From NCBI GenBank assembly GCA_041657425.1, contig JBBABY010000005.1, positions 30,001-62,000 on the forward strand: a DNA stretch of 32,000 nucleotides. Reading direction: 5' to 3'. The position numbers and the translations under genes were made by a program. Each line of letters starts with the position of its first letter. Position 1 is the stretch's first letter. This document shows, one piece after another, positions 7,446-15,590 of the stretch. The notes below the pieces were generated by a model that ran no database searches, was not told where the DNA came from, and worked only from the letters and a program-made list of their open reading frames with translations. Origin of the DNA: an archaeon. Its GTDB lineage: Archaea; Iainarchaeota; Iainarchaeia; Iainarchaeales; CSSED10-239.

Positions 7446-9041
7446 TTATTTTTTACAATTTTTTTCTTTATGACAACAGGAGCAGTTATCATTATGTGTT
7501 ATTTCTAATATTTTTCTTCCTTGTTTGGAATAATAATCATTAATTGCTGCTTGAAGTGCATCTGCTGCTAAGTTAGAACAGTGCATTTTAATTGGTGGCA
7601 AGCCGTCAAGAGATTTTGCAACATCTCCTCTAGTTATTTTAAAAGCATCATCTAGAGTTTTACCTTTAGCAAGTTCAGTAACCATAGATGAGGTTGCAAT
7701 TGCTGCTGCACAGCCAAGTGTCTTAAACTTAATATCTTGAATAATTTCTTTTCCGTCTTTGTTTTTTGAAACAGTAATGTATAACCACATTATATCTCCA
7801 CAATTATGAACAGTAAAAGCATTTGTGTTGTAAGAATGCGAAGTATCTATTTCTAAATTATACACTTTGCCGGAATAGTTTTCTGTTTTTTTAAAAGTAA
7901 TGGGGGTATATAAAATGTTTTTATCTATCCAAGAGTTTATTGCTTCTGGTCTTAGATTATAAAAAGTAACTTCAATAATTTTAGCAAGTTTTGTTGTAGA
8001 TTCTTTATCGCCCACGTGTATTCTATAACATTCTTGATGTTTTTGCTCTTTTTTATCTGTTTTTTCTTTTTCTGTATATATTGATGGAATAATTCCTTGT
8101 CTTAATAATAATATTTTAAGTTTATGGACTAATTCCTTAGATATAGTAGAATATCCCCCCCTTGGTATTTTTGTATTAAAGAAACCATCCCCTTTCCAAA
8201 TACCATAAATTAAAGATTTTTGTTTTTCTGGAGGCAATGTCATAAACATATCTGGTATATCTTTATTTTTAGCACCAGATTTAAATAACTCTTTAAATAA
8301 TTTAACTATAAAAACGCTATTTATATAAACTACTTGAGAATGTTGAGTTTCATTTTTTTTAATAATTGGGGTTATTCCAAAAATTTTTTCTGAAATTCTA
8401 ACCACGTCTTGTGCAAGATTATTTTCTTTTAAATTAAAACAAAATGCTATATGCACATTATTTGTTTTATCAAAATAATATCCTTCTGAAAGATAATATC
8501 CTGCTAATCTTAAAAAATCTGAATCTAATTTTATTTTTGAAGGTATTGATTTACTATTGTGATCAAATTTCTTTTTTTTGGTATTTACTTCTAAGTAATC
8601 AACATCTTTTGTATCAGATAGTATTGCATATAAAATTAAGTCGCCTTTATCTAGTTGTTCTGCGTGATACCAGGCCGGAATTAATGTTTTTTTATTTTTC
8701 GTTCTTAAAAATTTATCTCCTTTAGGGATTTTTATTGCATAAACAAGATGTTCTTTAGTTAATTTTATTTCTCCTAGTCTGTTTTTTAGAACAATAATTG
8801 GTTCAGAAATAACTCTTTTGTAAGTTTCAGTAACTGAATGATACTTCCCATCATGACTTATAATAAAATCATTTTTTTTTATATCTTTAATTTTTTTTAG
8901 TTTTAAATTAGTGTGTATATTTGTATCTTTAAACAAGCATTTAGGATTTCCTACCTTTCCAACTCCGTCAGCATTTTCAATCTCTCCAAGGTTTTGTGGT
9001 TTTAAGAAATTTTCCATAACTTTTTTTGAATAGTTTTCCAT
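7446..9041 (-). CDS. iscU: Fe-S cluster assembly scaffold IscU/NifU-like, interrupted by an intein (exteins 34 + 118 aa)
   Basis: N-extein MENYSKKVMENFLKPQNLGEIENADGVGKVGNPK. C-extein CGDIMWLYITV...KFKTLGCAAAIATSSMVTELAKGKTL...LPPIKMHCSNLAADALQAAINDY. Together these contain all three IscU Cys ligand motifs, plus a C-terminal Cys/Lys-rich tail NCSCCHKEKNCKK. Confidence 0.9.
   Translation of the reverse strand: MENYSKKVMENFLKPQNLGEIENADGVGKVGNPKCLFKDTNIHTNLKLKKIKDIKKNDFIISHDGKYHSVTETYKRVISEPIIVLKNRLGEIKLTKEHLVYAIKIPKGDKFLRTKNKKTLIPAWYHAEQLDKGDLILYAILSDTKDVDYLEVNTKKKKFDHNSKSIPSKIKLDSDFLRLAGYYLSEGYYFDKTNNVHIAFCFNLKENNLAQDVVRISEKIFGITPIIKKNETQHSQVVYINSVFIVKLFKELFKSGAKNKDIPDMFMTLPPEKQKSLIYGIWKGDGFFNTKIPRGGYSTISKELVHKLKILLLRQGIIPSIYTEKEKTDKKEQKHQECYRIHVGDKESTTKLAKIIEVTFYNLRPEAINSWIDKNILYTPITFKKTENYSGKVYNLEIDTSHSYNTNAFTVHNCGDIMWLYITVSKNKDGKEIIQDIKFKTLGCAAAIATSSMVTELAKGKTLDDAFKITRGDVAKSLDGLPPIKMHCSNLAADALQAAINDYYSKQGRKILEITHNDNCSCCHKEKNCKK
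7803..8939 (-). mobile_element. Complete 379-aa intein with LAGLIDADG homing-endonuclease domain inside IscU
   Basis: Starts CLFKDTNIHT (Cys1 codon 8939..8937). Block B is LTKEHLVY. LAGLIDADG motifs are LAGYYLSEGYY and LIYGIWKGDGFF. Block F is VYNLEIDTSHSY and block G is AFTVHN, followed by the +1 Cys (codon 7802..7800) of the CGD motif. Confidence 0.9.
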
Positions 9042-9052
9042 AATCTTTTCAC

Positions 9053-10195
9053 CTAATATTTATAAGGACACATTTCTCTTAATTTTTTAATTGTGTCTTT
9101 AACAGTGTCAACAGTATATTTAATTTCTTCTTTAGTATTATCAATTCCTACAGAGAATCTAACAGTTCCATGAGTTTGTTCTTGTTTTAATCCTATTGCT
9201 CTTAAAACATGACTTGGTTCAAGAGTATTAGATGAACAAGCAGAACCAGTTGAAACTGAAATTCCTGCAGCATCAAGATACAAAAGTATTGCTTCTCCTT
9301 CTGCATACATGAAACTCAAATTAGCATTATTACATAGCCTTTTATCTTTTGAACCATTCAACCAAGACTCTTCAACATCTGATAATCCTTTAATCAATTG
9401 ATTTCTAAGATTAGTCATATGTTCAATTTCTTTTTCTCCAATGATGTCGGTTGCTTTAGAAAAACCAATTATTCCAGGAACATTAACAGTTCCGCTTCTT
9501 AAATTATATTCGTGTCCTCCACCATGAAGAAGCGGTTCTAATTTTATTCCTTCTTTAATAAATAATCCTCCAACACCTTTAGGTCCATAAATCTTATGAG
9601 CATTAATTGTTAAAAGATCAATATTGTCTTTCTCAAGGTTAATTGGAGCTTTTGTAAAACTTTGACAAGCATCTGAATGGAAAAGAGTTTCTTTTTCATG
9701 GCAAATTTTTCCAATCTCTCTTAAGTCTTGAATAGTTCCAATCTCGTTATTTCCATGAATTACAGAAACTACAAGTGTGTCTTTTTTAATTGCCTTTTCA
9801 AGTTGGGAAAGATTAACAAAACCTTCTTTATCAACATCAAGATATGTTACAGAATATCCTTTTCTTTCAAGAAACTTATAAACATTAAGAATACTATCGT
9901 GTTCAATCTTTGTTGTAATAATGTGTTTCTTATTTTTGTTATTTTCTGCTAGCCCCTTAATTGCAAAATTATTACTTTCTGTTCCTCCAGAAGTAAAGAT
10001 TAGTTTGTGATTTTTGCTATTGGCCTTCTTTGAAATGTGCTCTCTTGCTTTATCTAGTTCTGCTTTAGCTTCGCGACCAATTGTGTGAAGACTAGAGGAA
10101 TTTCCGAAGTATTTTTCTTCTGCGTCAGTTATTGCTTTCATAACAGATGAATGCATCTTTGTTGTTGCTGCATTATCTAAATAAATTGATTTCAT
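9053..10195 (-). CDS. iscS: Cysteine desulfurase (IscS/NifS class)
   Basis: YLDNAATT, SGGTESNN, the PLP-lysine motif INAHKIYGPKGVGGL, the active-site loop STGSACSS and RFSVG are all canonical. Confidence 0.92.
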   Translation of the reverse strand: MKSIYLDNAATTKMHSSVMKAITDAEEKYFGNSSSLHTIGREAKAELDKAREHISKKANSKNHKLIFTSGGTESNNFAIKGLAENNKNKKHIITTKIEHDSILNVYKFLERKGYSVTYLDVDKEGFVNLSQLEKAIKKDTLVVSVIHGNNEIGTIQDLREIGKICHEKETLFHSDACQSFTKAPINLEKDNIDLLTINAHKIYGPKGVGGLFIKEGIKLEPLLHGGGHEYNLRSGTVNVPGIIGFSKATDIIGEKEIEHMTNLRNQLIKGLSDVEESWLNGSKDKRLCNNANLSFMYAEGEAILLYLDAAGISVSTGSACSSNTLEPSHVLRAIGLKQEQTHGTVRFSVGIDNTKEEIKYTVDTVKDTIKKLREMCPYKY

Positions 10196-10500
10196 TTCTT
10201 TTCCTCTTTTTTACAGCATTTATTTTTACAAAAATCTTTTGTGTGTTGATTAACGATCTTAACAAGTGGTTTAATTGTTTTCTTGTTTAAGGAATAAATA
10301 ATGTTCTTTCCTTGTCTTTTAGAAAAAACAATATTGCAATTAAGAAGTTGTTTTAAACTATGGCTAACCTTTGATTGTTCTTCTCCAGTAATTGTACTTA
10401 TTTCAGAAACTGTTTTTTCAGACTTATAAAGTAGCTTAATTATTTTCCATCTCGTCTTGTTGGAAATAACTCCAAAGAAATTATATGATAAACATTTCAT
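10192..10500 (-). CDS. ArsR/SmtB-family winged-HTH transcriptional regulator with Cys-rich C-terminus
   Basis: ISNKTRWKIIKLLYKSEKTVSEISTITGEEQSKVSHSLKQLLNCNIVFSKRQGKNIIYSLN is a typical ArsR HTH. The tail is DFCKNKCCKKEEKK. A 4-nt overlap with the iscS start implies an operon. Confidence 0.8.
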   Translation of the reverse strand: MKCLSYNFFGVISNKTRWKIIKLLYKSEKTVSEISTITGEEQSKVSHSLKQLLNCNIVFSKRQGKNIIYSLNKKTIKPLVKIVNQHTKDFCKNKCCKKEEKK

Positions 10501-10540
10501 ATGTATATTATGTCAGAAGTAGTATATATATATTTTGTTT

Positions 10541-11722
10541 TTAATATTTTAGAATATCTTTAGCTTTTTCAACATCTCCGTTATTTAGAAGATCATAGAT
10601 TCTCTTATAATCAAAGTCTTTGGAGATTTTAGTTTGCTCAATTTGCTCAGAGAAGATTTCTTTTGCAAGTTCTTGTATGTTTTTATTTTCGGTTTGTAAT
10701 TTCTTAAGTTGATCAATGCTTTCTTTTAGTCTTTTTTCTTCAATATCGTTCTTGATTGAAATATAAAAATAATCAGAATATTCTTTTTTAATCTCATTTA
10801 AATTTAGATTCTTAAGAGATTCTCCGCTTTCAAGTTCCCCTTTAATTCTAATTCTTACAATTGCTTTTTTTTCAGGAGTCTTTGTAAGTTTTTCAAGTTC
10901 AGTTTTGATTTGTTGCAAGATTTCAAAAACGGTTTTTTTAGAAAACTTAATATCTATATAATGTGTTTGTCTAATGTTTTTTATTTCAAAGAAGTTTGTT
11001 TCTTTAGTTTCAGTATCAATAATAAAATAACCTTTTGGTTTTTCAGTTTCTTTTTTTTTAATCTGTGTTGTTACTGTGGAACCAGGAAGTAAGAACTTAA
11101 CTCCTGAAGGAAGATCAATAACGCTTGACCAATGAAGATGGCCATTAACAATAACATCAAATCCACTTGGAAGGTCACTTAAGGAAATTGTGGCGATCAT
11201 CTCGTCTTCAAAAGGCAGATATTCCAAAATTGACTGATGTATCATTAAAAGGTTGTATTCTCCCTTTACTGGTTGTGGAGAAAACTTTTCAAGAAGATAG
11301 TCCTTAGCATATTTTTCTGGAACTCCAGTCATTCCAAAGATATTTATTTTTTCATTTATAAACGAAAATTTGTCTGCTTTTAAAAGTTTAAGAAAACCCA
11401 TAGATTCTAAAAGTTCAACAGTAGTGATATAGTCTTTTCCACGATATTCGTGGTTACCAATAATTGCAATCATTGGTATTTTTGTTTTTAATTCTTCTAA
11501 TTTATTTGGAATATTAATGTCGCTTAAAAGATTAATTGTTTCAAACAAAACTTCTGGAGAGGGAATAGAAATATCAAAGAGGTCTCCAGGAACCAATACT
11601 AGATTAATATTTTGTTCTTCAAGTTGCTTGAAGGCAGTATAAAGATTATTAAAAGAGTCTTTTCCAAGTTCAGTGTCATAGCTAACTCCAAGGTGCCAAT
11701 CGCTAATAATTGCAATTTTCAT
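10541..11722 (-). CDS. mre11: Mre11-type DNA double-strand-break repair nuclease (calcineurin-like phosphoesterase)
   Basis: Motifs ISDWHLG, PGDLFD, IGNHE, MIHQ and NGHLH appear in the canonical order. ATG at 11722 (MKIAII) preferred over 11737. Confidence 0.8.
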   Translation of the reverse strand: MKIAIISDWHLGVSYDTELGKDSFNNLYTAFKQLEEQNINLVLVPGDLFDISIPSPEVLFETINLLSDINIPNKLEELKTKIPMIAIIGNHEYRGKDYITTVELLESMGFLKLLKADKFSFINEKINIFGMTGVPEKYAKDYLLEKFSPQPVKGEYNLLMIHQSILEYLPFEDEMIATISLSDLPSGFDVIVNGHLHWSSVIDLPSGVKFLLPGSTVTTQIKKKETEKPKGYFIIDTETKETNFFEIKNIRQTHYIDIKFSKKTVFEILQQIKTELEKLTKTPEKKAIVRIRIKGELESGESLKNLNLNEIKKEYSDYFYISIKNDIEEKRLKESIDQLKKLQTENKNIQELAKEIFSEQIEQTKISKDFDYKRIYDLLNNGDVEKAKDILKY

Positions 11723-11800
11723 AAATAAGATATACACATAACTTTTTTTAATACCTTTTAAAAATATATTTATTCATAAATATATATCTAGTTTTCTAGT

Positions 11801-11871
11801 GCCTTGGTAGCAAAACGGTCATGCGTTCGCCTGCAGAGCGAAATAACGGAGTTCGACTCTCTGCCAAGGCT
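11801..11871 (+). tRNA. tRNA-Cys (anticodon GCA)
   Basis: Hand fold: acceptor GCCTTGG/CCAAGGC, anticodon stem TTCGC/GCGAA with loop CTGCAGA, T-arm CGGAG-TTCGACT-CTCTG, discriminator T. No encoded CCA. Confidence 0.88.
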
Positions 11872-11875
11872 TAAT

Positions 11876-12289
11876 TTACATATTCTTTAAGATCTCTGCA
11901 ATGTATTTTTGTGCATCGTTTAATTCAGATATTTCTCTTGTTAATTTTGCAGAGTATTTTTTTGCTCCAAGTTCTTGAAATTCGTGAATGTCAAAGTCTT
12001 CAACTGTAGAAAATAAAACTTTTGGATCTGTCCCATTAATAATCTCATTTAATAATTTAGTTGTATTTTTTTGTTTTCTATAAAAAAAAGAATTAGAAAA
12101 TGCAAGTCTTTTTTTCTTTGCATCTTTTGTTTTGGTTAAAGAAAGAAATGTGTTAATGTGTTTTTTGTGAGAGTTAGTTGTGGTTGTATCTAATACCAGT
12201 TTTGGTTTTTTTAAATGATTTGGAAGGCCAACCTTTACTTGCTTTTTTGCAAGTTTTGCTTTTCCCATTTTTTTAAAATCACCAAACAC
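11876..12289 (-). CDS. Hypothetical basic protein (137 aa; GTG start at 12289 or ATG at 12268)
   Basis: ORF only. Its start overlaps or abuts the stop of the upstream PEP-synthase-like gene, suggesting co-transcription. No motif recognised. Confidence 0.45.
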   Translation of the reverse strand: MFGDFKKMGKAKLAKKQVKVGLPNHLKKPKLVLDTTTTNSHKKHINTFLSLTKTKDAKKKRLAFSNSFFYRKQKNTTKLLNEIINGTDPKVLFSTVEDFDIHEFQELGAKKYSAKLTREISELNDAQKYIAEILKNM

Positions 12290-14082
12290 TACATATCTTT
12301 TACTTCTTTTAAGATCTTTTTAATTTTCTCTTTAGCAATCATACAAACTGAACCAGGATATTCTGCTCTTAATCTTGAAATTTCAGAAGCAGTAAATATT
12401 TGTTCAATTGGTATAACTATTTGCTTAACCTTATCAACATCTATGTGATTTAGATCTTTAATATTTAAAGTTCCTTTTGCATCAACATATGTTTTTACGT
12501 TTTGATTAGCCGTTGGTTTTTCTTCAATTTCTTCTTCTCTTGGCTTATTAAAGATTATATGTTCTGGAGCAGTGTTTGTTTTTTTAATTTCTTTTTTATT
12601 AATTATAACAGCACCTTTTTCTCTAAGTTCTCTTTGTTCTTGCCATAATTGTTTTGTTCTTTGTTGTCTTTCATCCAAAAAATCATCTTCTTCTGGATGT
12701 ATATCAACAATATCAAGAGAAGCAATAGAATGAACTTCACCAGTCTGTCCGTTTATTTGAACTTTATCTCCATCAAGTAATTGTTCTGTTCCAAATCTAG
12801 TTCCAACAATACATGGTTTATCAAGATCTTTAGTTATTACTGCTGCATGACATAATGAACTCCCAGCATTAGTAATTACTCCTCTAGCAATTCTCATTGC
12901 TCCAACCATGTCTTGATCAGTCATTGCAGTAACAATAATTGATTCTGAATTAACTTTTTCAAGATCATTGTAATTCATAATGTTAACAACAATTCCATTA
13001 ACTGTTCCGTTAGTTACTCCAACACCTTTAATTAATAATTCACTTTTAAAAGTATTAATTTTTTGTTGTCCACACTTTTTTGTTTTCTCTGCAGTATTTG
13101 GATTAACTGCTTCTGAGCCGATAATATAAACATCAGCTTTATCAATAGCCCATTCAATTATCTGCGGTGTTCCAAAATATTCTTCTAGTTTTACTGCAGT
13201 GTTAGTTAAATCTTTAAGAACGTGAGTATTAATTTTAGGTTTTTCTCTTTCGGATTCTTGAACTGCTTCTTTAGCCGTTGCACCTTTCATTCTTTTAAGT
13301 TCCCAGTCTTGTCTTGAAACTGTTTTACCAAGAGTCAAGTATGGTTTCTTTTGTGTTTCGTAATGATCAGGAGTAATTTCTTTAATAACATGAGCTGCTC
13401 CAAAACCATAGACTGCTTCAATAACAACAGTGTTTGGGTCAGTTGCACTTTTACTTGAAATTATTATTCCTGAAGACTTTGCATTAATCATATTTTGAAT
13501 AATTATTCCAATTCCGAGTCTTTCAATATTAATTTCTTTCTTGTGAGCATATTCTAAAACATCAGGACTATAAAGAACACCCCATGTTTCTTTAACTGCT
13601 TTAATCATTTCTGGCTTTCCTTTAATGTTTAAAGATCCGCCTTCTTCTTCAATAAATTTAGTATCACAAACTTCTCCGTCGTCACAAACAACAGAACATC
13701 TTATTGCAATATAAGCATCAGCACTGCTTGGAAGCCAACCACCAGTTGCATCTCCAAGTTTGCCATAATATTTATATAATTCAATTTCTGTTTCTTGATT
13801 TAATTTTCCTTTAACAATTAATTGTTTGATTTCGCTTGATTTAGTTTCAATATCTTCTCTATCACTATAATTTATACTTCTTAAAATTTCAACAATCTTT
13901 GGTTTTAAATTATTCATTTGTACAAAATTGAAAAATTCAGTAGCAGTAACAACAAAACCTCTAGGAACCGTTATCCCTGTGATTGCAAGTTGAGCAAGTC
14001 TAGCTGCTTTTCTCCCAATTGTTCTAGAATCAGTTGAACCAAGTTCTTTAAGCCATCGTATGTTTTCGTAATCCATTCCCAT
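12289..14082 (-). CDS. PEP synthase / pyruvate phosphate dikinase-family protein: ATP-grasp N-domain plus phosphohistidine swivel domain, lacking the C-terminal PEP/pyruvate-binding domain
   Basis: The N-terminus IGRKAARLAQLAITGITVPRGFVVT resembles the PPDK_N motif GGKxxxLxxL...vP.GF. The swivel motif GVITNAGSSLCHAAVITKDLDKPCIVG (His412) compares with [21 protein letters not shown] of E. coli PpsA. Only about 150 non-homologous residues follow. Confidence 0.8.
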   Translation of the reverse strand: MGMDYENIRWLKELGSTDSRTIGRKAARLAQLAITGITVPRGFVVTATEFFNFVQMNNLKPKIVEILRSINYSDREDIETKSSEIKQLIVKGKLNQETEIELYKYYGKLGDATGGWLPSSADAYIAIRCSVVCDDGEVCDTKFIEEEGGSLNIKGKPEMIKAVKETWGVLYSPDVLEYAHKKEINIERLGIGIIIQNMINAKSSGIIISSKSATDPNTVVIEAVYGFGAAHVIKEITPDHYETQKKPYLTLGKTVSRQDWELKRMKGATAKEAVQESEREKPKINTHVLKDLTNTAVKLEEYFGTPQIIEWAIDKADVYIIGSEAVNPNTAEKTKKCGQQKINTFKSELLIKGVGVTNGTVNGIVVNIMNYNDLEKVNSESIIVTAMTDQDMVGAMRIARGVITNAGSSLCHAAVITKDLDKPCIVGTRFGTEQLLDGDKVQINGQTGEVHSIASLDIVDIHPEEDDFLDERQQRTKQLWQEQRELREKGAVIINKKEIKKTNTAPEHIIFNKPREEEIEEKPTANQNVKTYVDAKGTLNIKDLNHIDVDKVKQIVIPIEQIFTASEISRLRAEYPGSVCMIAKEKIKKILKEVKDM

Positions 14083-14180
14083 AATAATTCACATATTTTT
14101 AATTTAATCCCAATAATATAATATATATTCTTTTTAAATCCTTTTTGGTTAAGAAAATGAAATTCCGCACTGGACAGCTA

Positions 14181-14200
14181 CCCCCCCGAAAATACCCCCC
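14181..14200. repeat. Paired homopolymeric C tracts (C7, 7-nt spacer GAAAATA, C6) in the divergent pps-like/radA intergenic region
   Basis: Read directly: CCCCCCC at 14181-14187 and CCCCCC at 14195-14200, inside a locally GC-richer patch within AT-rich spacer DNA. Confidence 0.9.
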
Positions 14201-14269
14201 TTTTGAAAAACAATAGTATTATTACCCAAAATAAAAGGGTTTAAAAGAATAAAAGGAGAGTAGATATTT

Positions 14270-15289
14270 ATGAAGAAGGTAAAGAAGGAAGATAATATGG
14301 ATGAAGAATTTACTAATGAAGAAGTTTCTGAAAATACAGTTGTAGAACCAGGAAAGAATATGTCAATAACTGATTTGCCAGGTATTGGTCCAGCTTCTGC
14401 TGAAAAACTTTTAGCTGGGGGTTATGATTCTTTAGAAGCTATAGCTGTAGCTTCACCTAGTGAACTTGTTGCAGTTGCTGGTATTGGAGAAGGAACTGCA
14501 ATTAAAGCAATTAAGGCAGCAAGGGATTCATTAGAAATGGGTTACGAAACTGCAGAAAAGATACTTGACAGAAGAAAATTAATAGCAAGAGTTTCAACTG
14601 GTTCAAAGGAGCTTGATGAATTGTTAGGTGGAGGAATAGAAAGTCAATCAATCACAGAAGTCTATGGAATGTATGCTTCTGGAAAATCACAATGGTGTTT
14701 TCAATTATGTGTAATTGCGCAAATGCCTACAGAGAAGGGTGGGTTAAATGGAGGAGTTCTTTACATTGATACAGAAAACTCATTTAGACCTGAAAGAGTA
14801 GCGCAGATTGCAAAGTACAGAGGGCTTGATCCTGAAGAAGTTATGAAAAATATTTTTGTAGCAAGAGCGTTTAATAGTAATCATCAAATGCTTTTAGCAG
14901 ATAAGGCGCAAGAACTAATTAAAGAAAAAAATATTAAACTTGTAATTGTTGATTCCTTAACAAGTCAATTTCGTTCAGAATTTGTTGGTAGAGGTCAGTT
15001 ATCAGACAGACAACAAAAACTAAATACTCATATGAGATTACTTCAAAAGCTTGCAGAGCTTTATAATGTTGTTGTGTTTGTAACAAACCAAGTAATGTCA
15101 AGACCTGATGTTTTGTTTGGAGATCCAACAGATGCTATTGGTGGTAACATCGTTAAGCACGCTTCAAAAACAAGAATCTATTTAAGAAAGAGTTCAGGGT
15201 CTAAAAGAATTGCAAAGCTAGTAGATTCTCCAAGCTTACCAGATGGCGAAGCAGTATATCAAGTTACAGAAAATGGAATCACAGATTAG
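14270..15289 (+). CDS. radA: DNA repair and recombination protein RadA
   Basis: HhH region [27 protein letters not shown], Walker [22 protein letters not shown], Walker [11 protein letters not shown] and FVTNQV. AAGGAGAG SD upstream. Start could alternatively be the ATG at 14297. Confidence 0.95.
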   Translation: MKKVKKEDNMDEEFTNEEVSENTVVEPGKNMSITDLPGIGPASAEKLLAGGYDSLEAIAVASPSELVAVAGIGEGTAIKAIKAARDSLEMGYETAEKILDRRKLIARVSTGSKELDELLGGGIESQSITEVYGMYASGKSQWCFQLCVIAQMPTEKGGLNGGVLYIDTENSFRPERVAQIAKYRGLDPEEVMKNIFVARAFNSNHQMLLADKAQELIKEKNIKLVIVDSLTSQFRSEFVGRGQLSDRQQKLNTHMRLLQKLAELYNVVVFVTNQVMSRPDVLFGDPTDAIGGNIVKHASKTRIYLRKSSGSKRIAKLVDSPSLPDGEAVYQVTENGITD

Positions 15290-15368
15290 ATTCCTTTTTC
15301 GTTTTCTATTTTTTATTTGACTTAATATGTATGCATTATAATTCGATATTGATTGGAATAAGTATTTT

Positions 15369-15590
15369 TTGGCATTACCTGAAGACATTAAAATTCGTGT
15401 CTTAAAAAAGATAGATAATATTCTCCAAGAACCTCATAAAAGACACCTAGAAGGTTCTACTAAATATTTTGTAGCAGAAGTTAGTCAATATAGATTAACA
15501 TATTTCGTATATGAAAATATTTTATTAGTTAAATTTTATTTTGTAGGAAAACATAAAGAATATGAAAAATGGTATAAATCATTTTTTTGA
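15369..15590 (+). CDS. RelE/ParE-superfamily toxin-like protein (non-ATG start)
   Basis: LPEDIKIRVLKKIDNILQEP...GSTKYFVAEVSQYRLTYFVYENILLVKFYFVGKHKEY follows the RelE/ParE pattern (L..lp..i...i...i..l...P......l.g.....R.G.YRiiY.i......v..ig.R.e.Y). The frame is open back to 15342 but holds no ATG; candidate starts are TTG 15369 or ATT 15348. Confidence 0.5.
   Translation: MALPEDIKIRVLKKIDNILQEPHKRHLEGSTKYFVAEVSQYRLTYFVYENILLVKFYFVGKHKEYEKWYKSFF

Noticed and set aside
8155-8161. A C7 run (G7 on the coding strand, encoding PRGGY) inside the IscU intein, as a possible frameshift switch.
   Set aside because: It is explained by Gly-Gly codons. A similar G6 run occurs in the ACD gene (6767-6772, NGGGFG). 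There is no evidence of an alternative frame product.
10541-11722. mre11 lacks an adjacent rad50/herA/nurA, which looked like an anomaly.
   Set aside because: Partners may simply be encoded elsewhere in the genome, and this cannot be assessed from one window.
14083-14269. A possible small ncRNA (C/D-box sRNA or similar) in the GC-richer patch upstream of radA.
   Set aside because: No convincing C (RUGAUGA) or D (CUGA) boxes or terminal stem were found by eye. It is reported only as a C-tract element.
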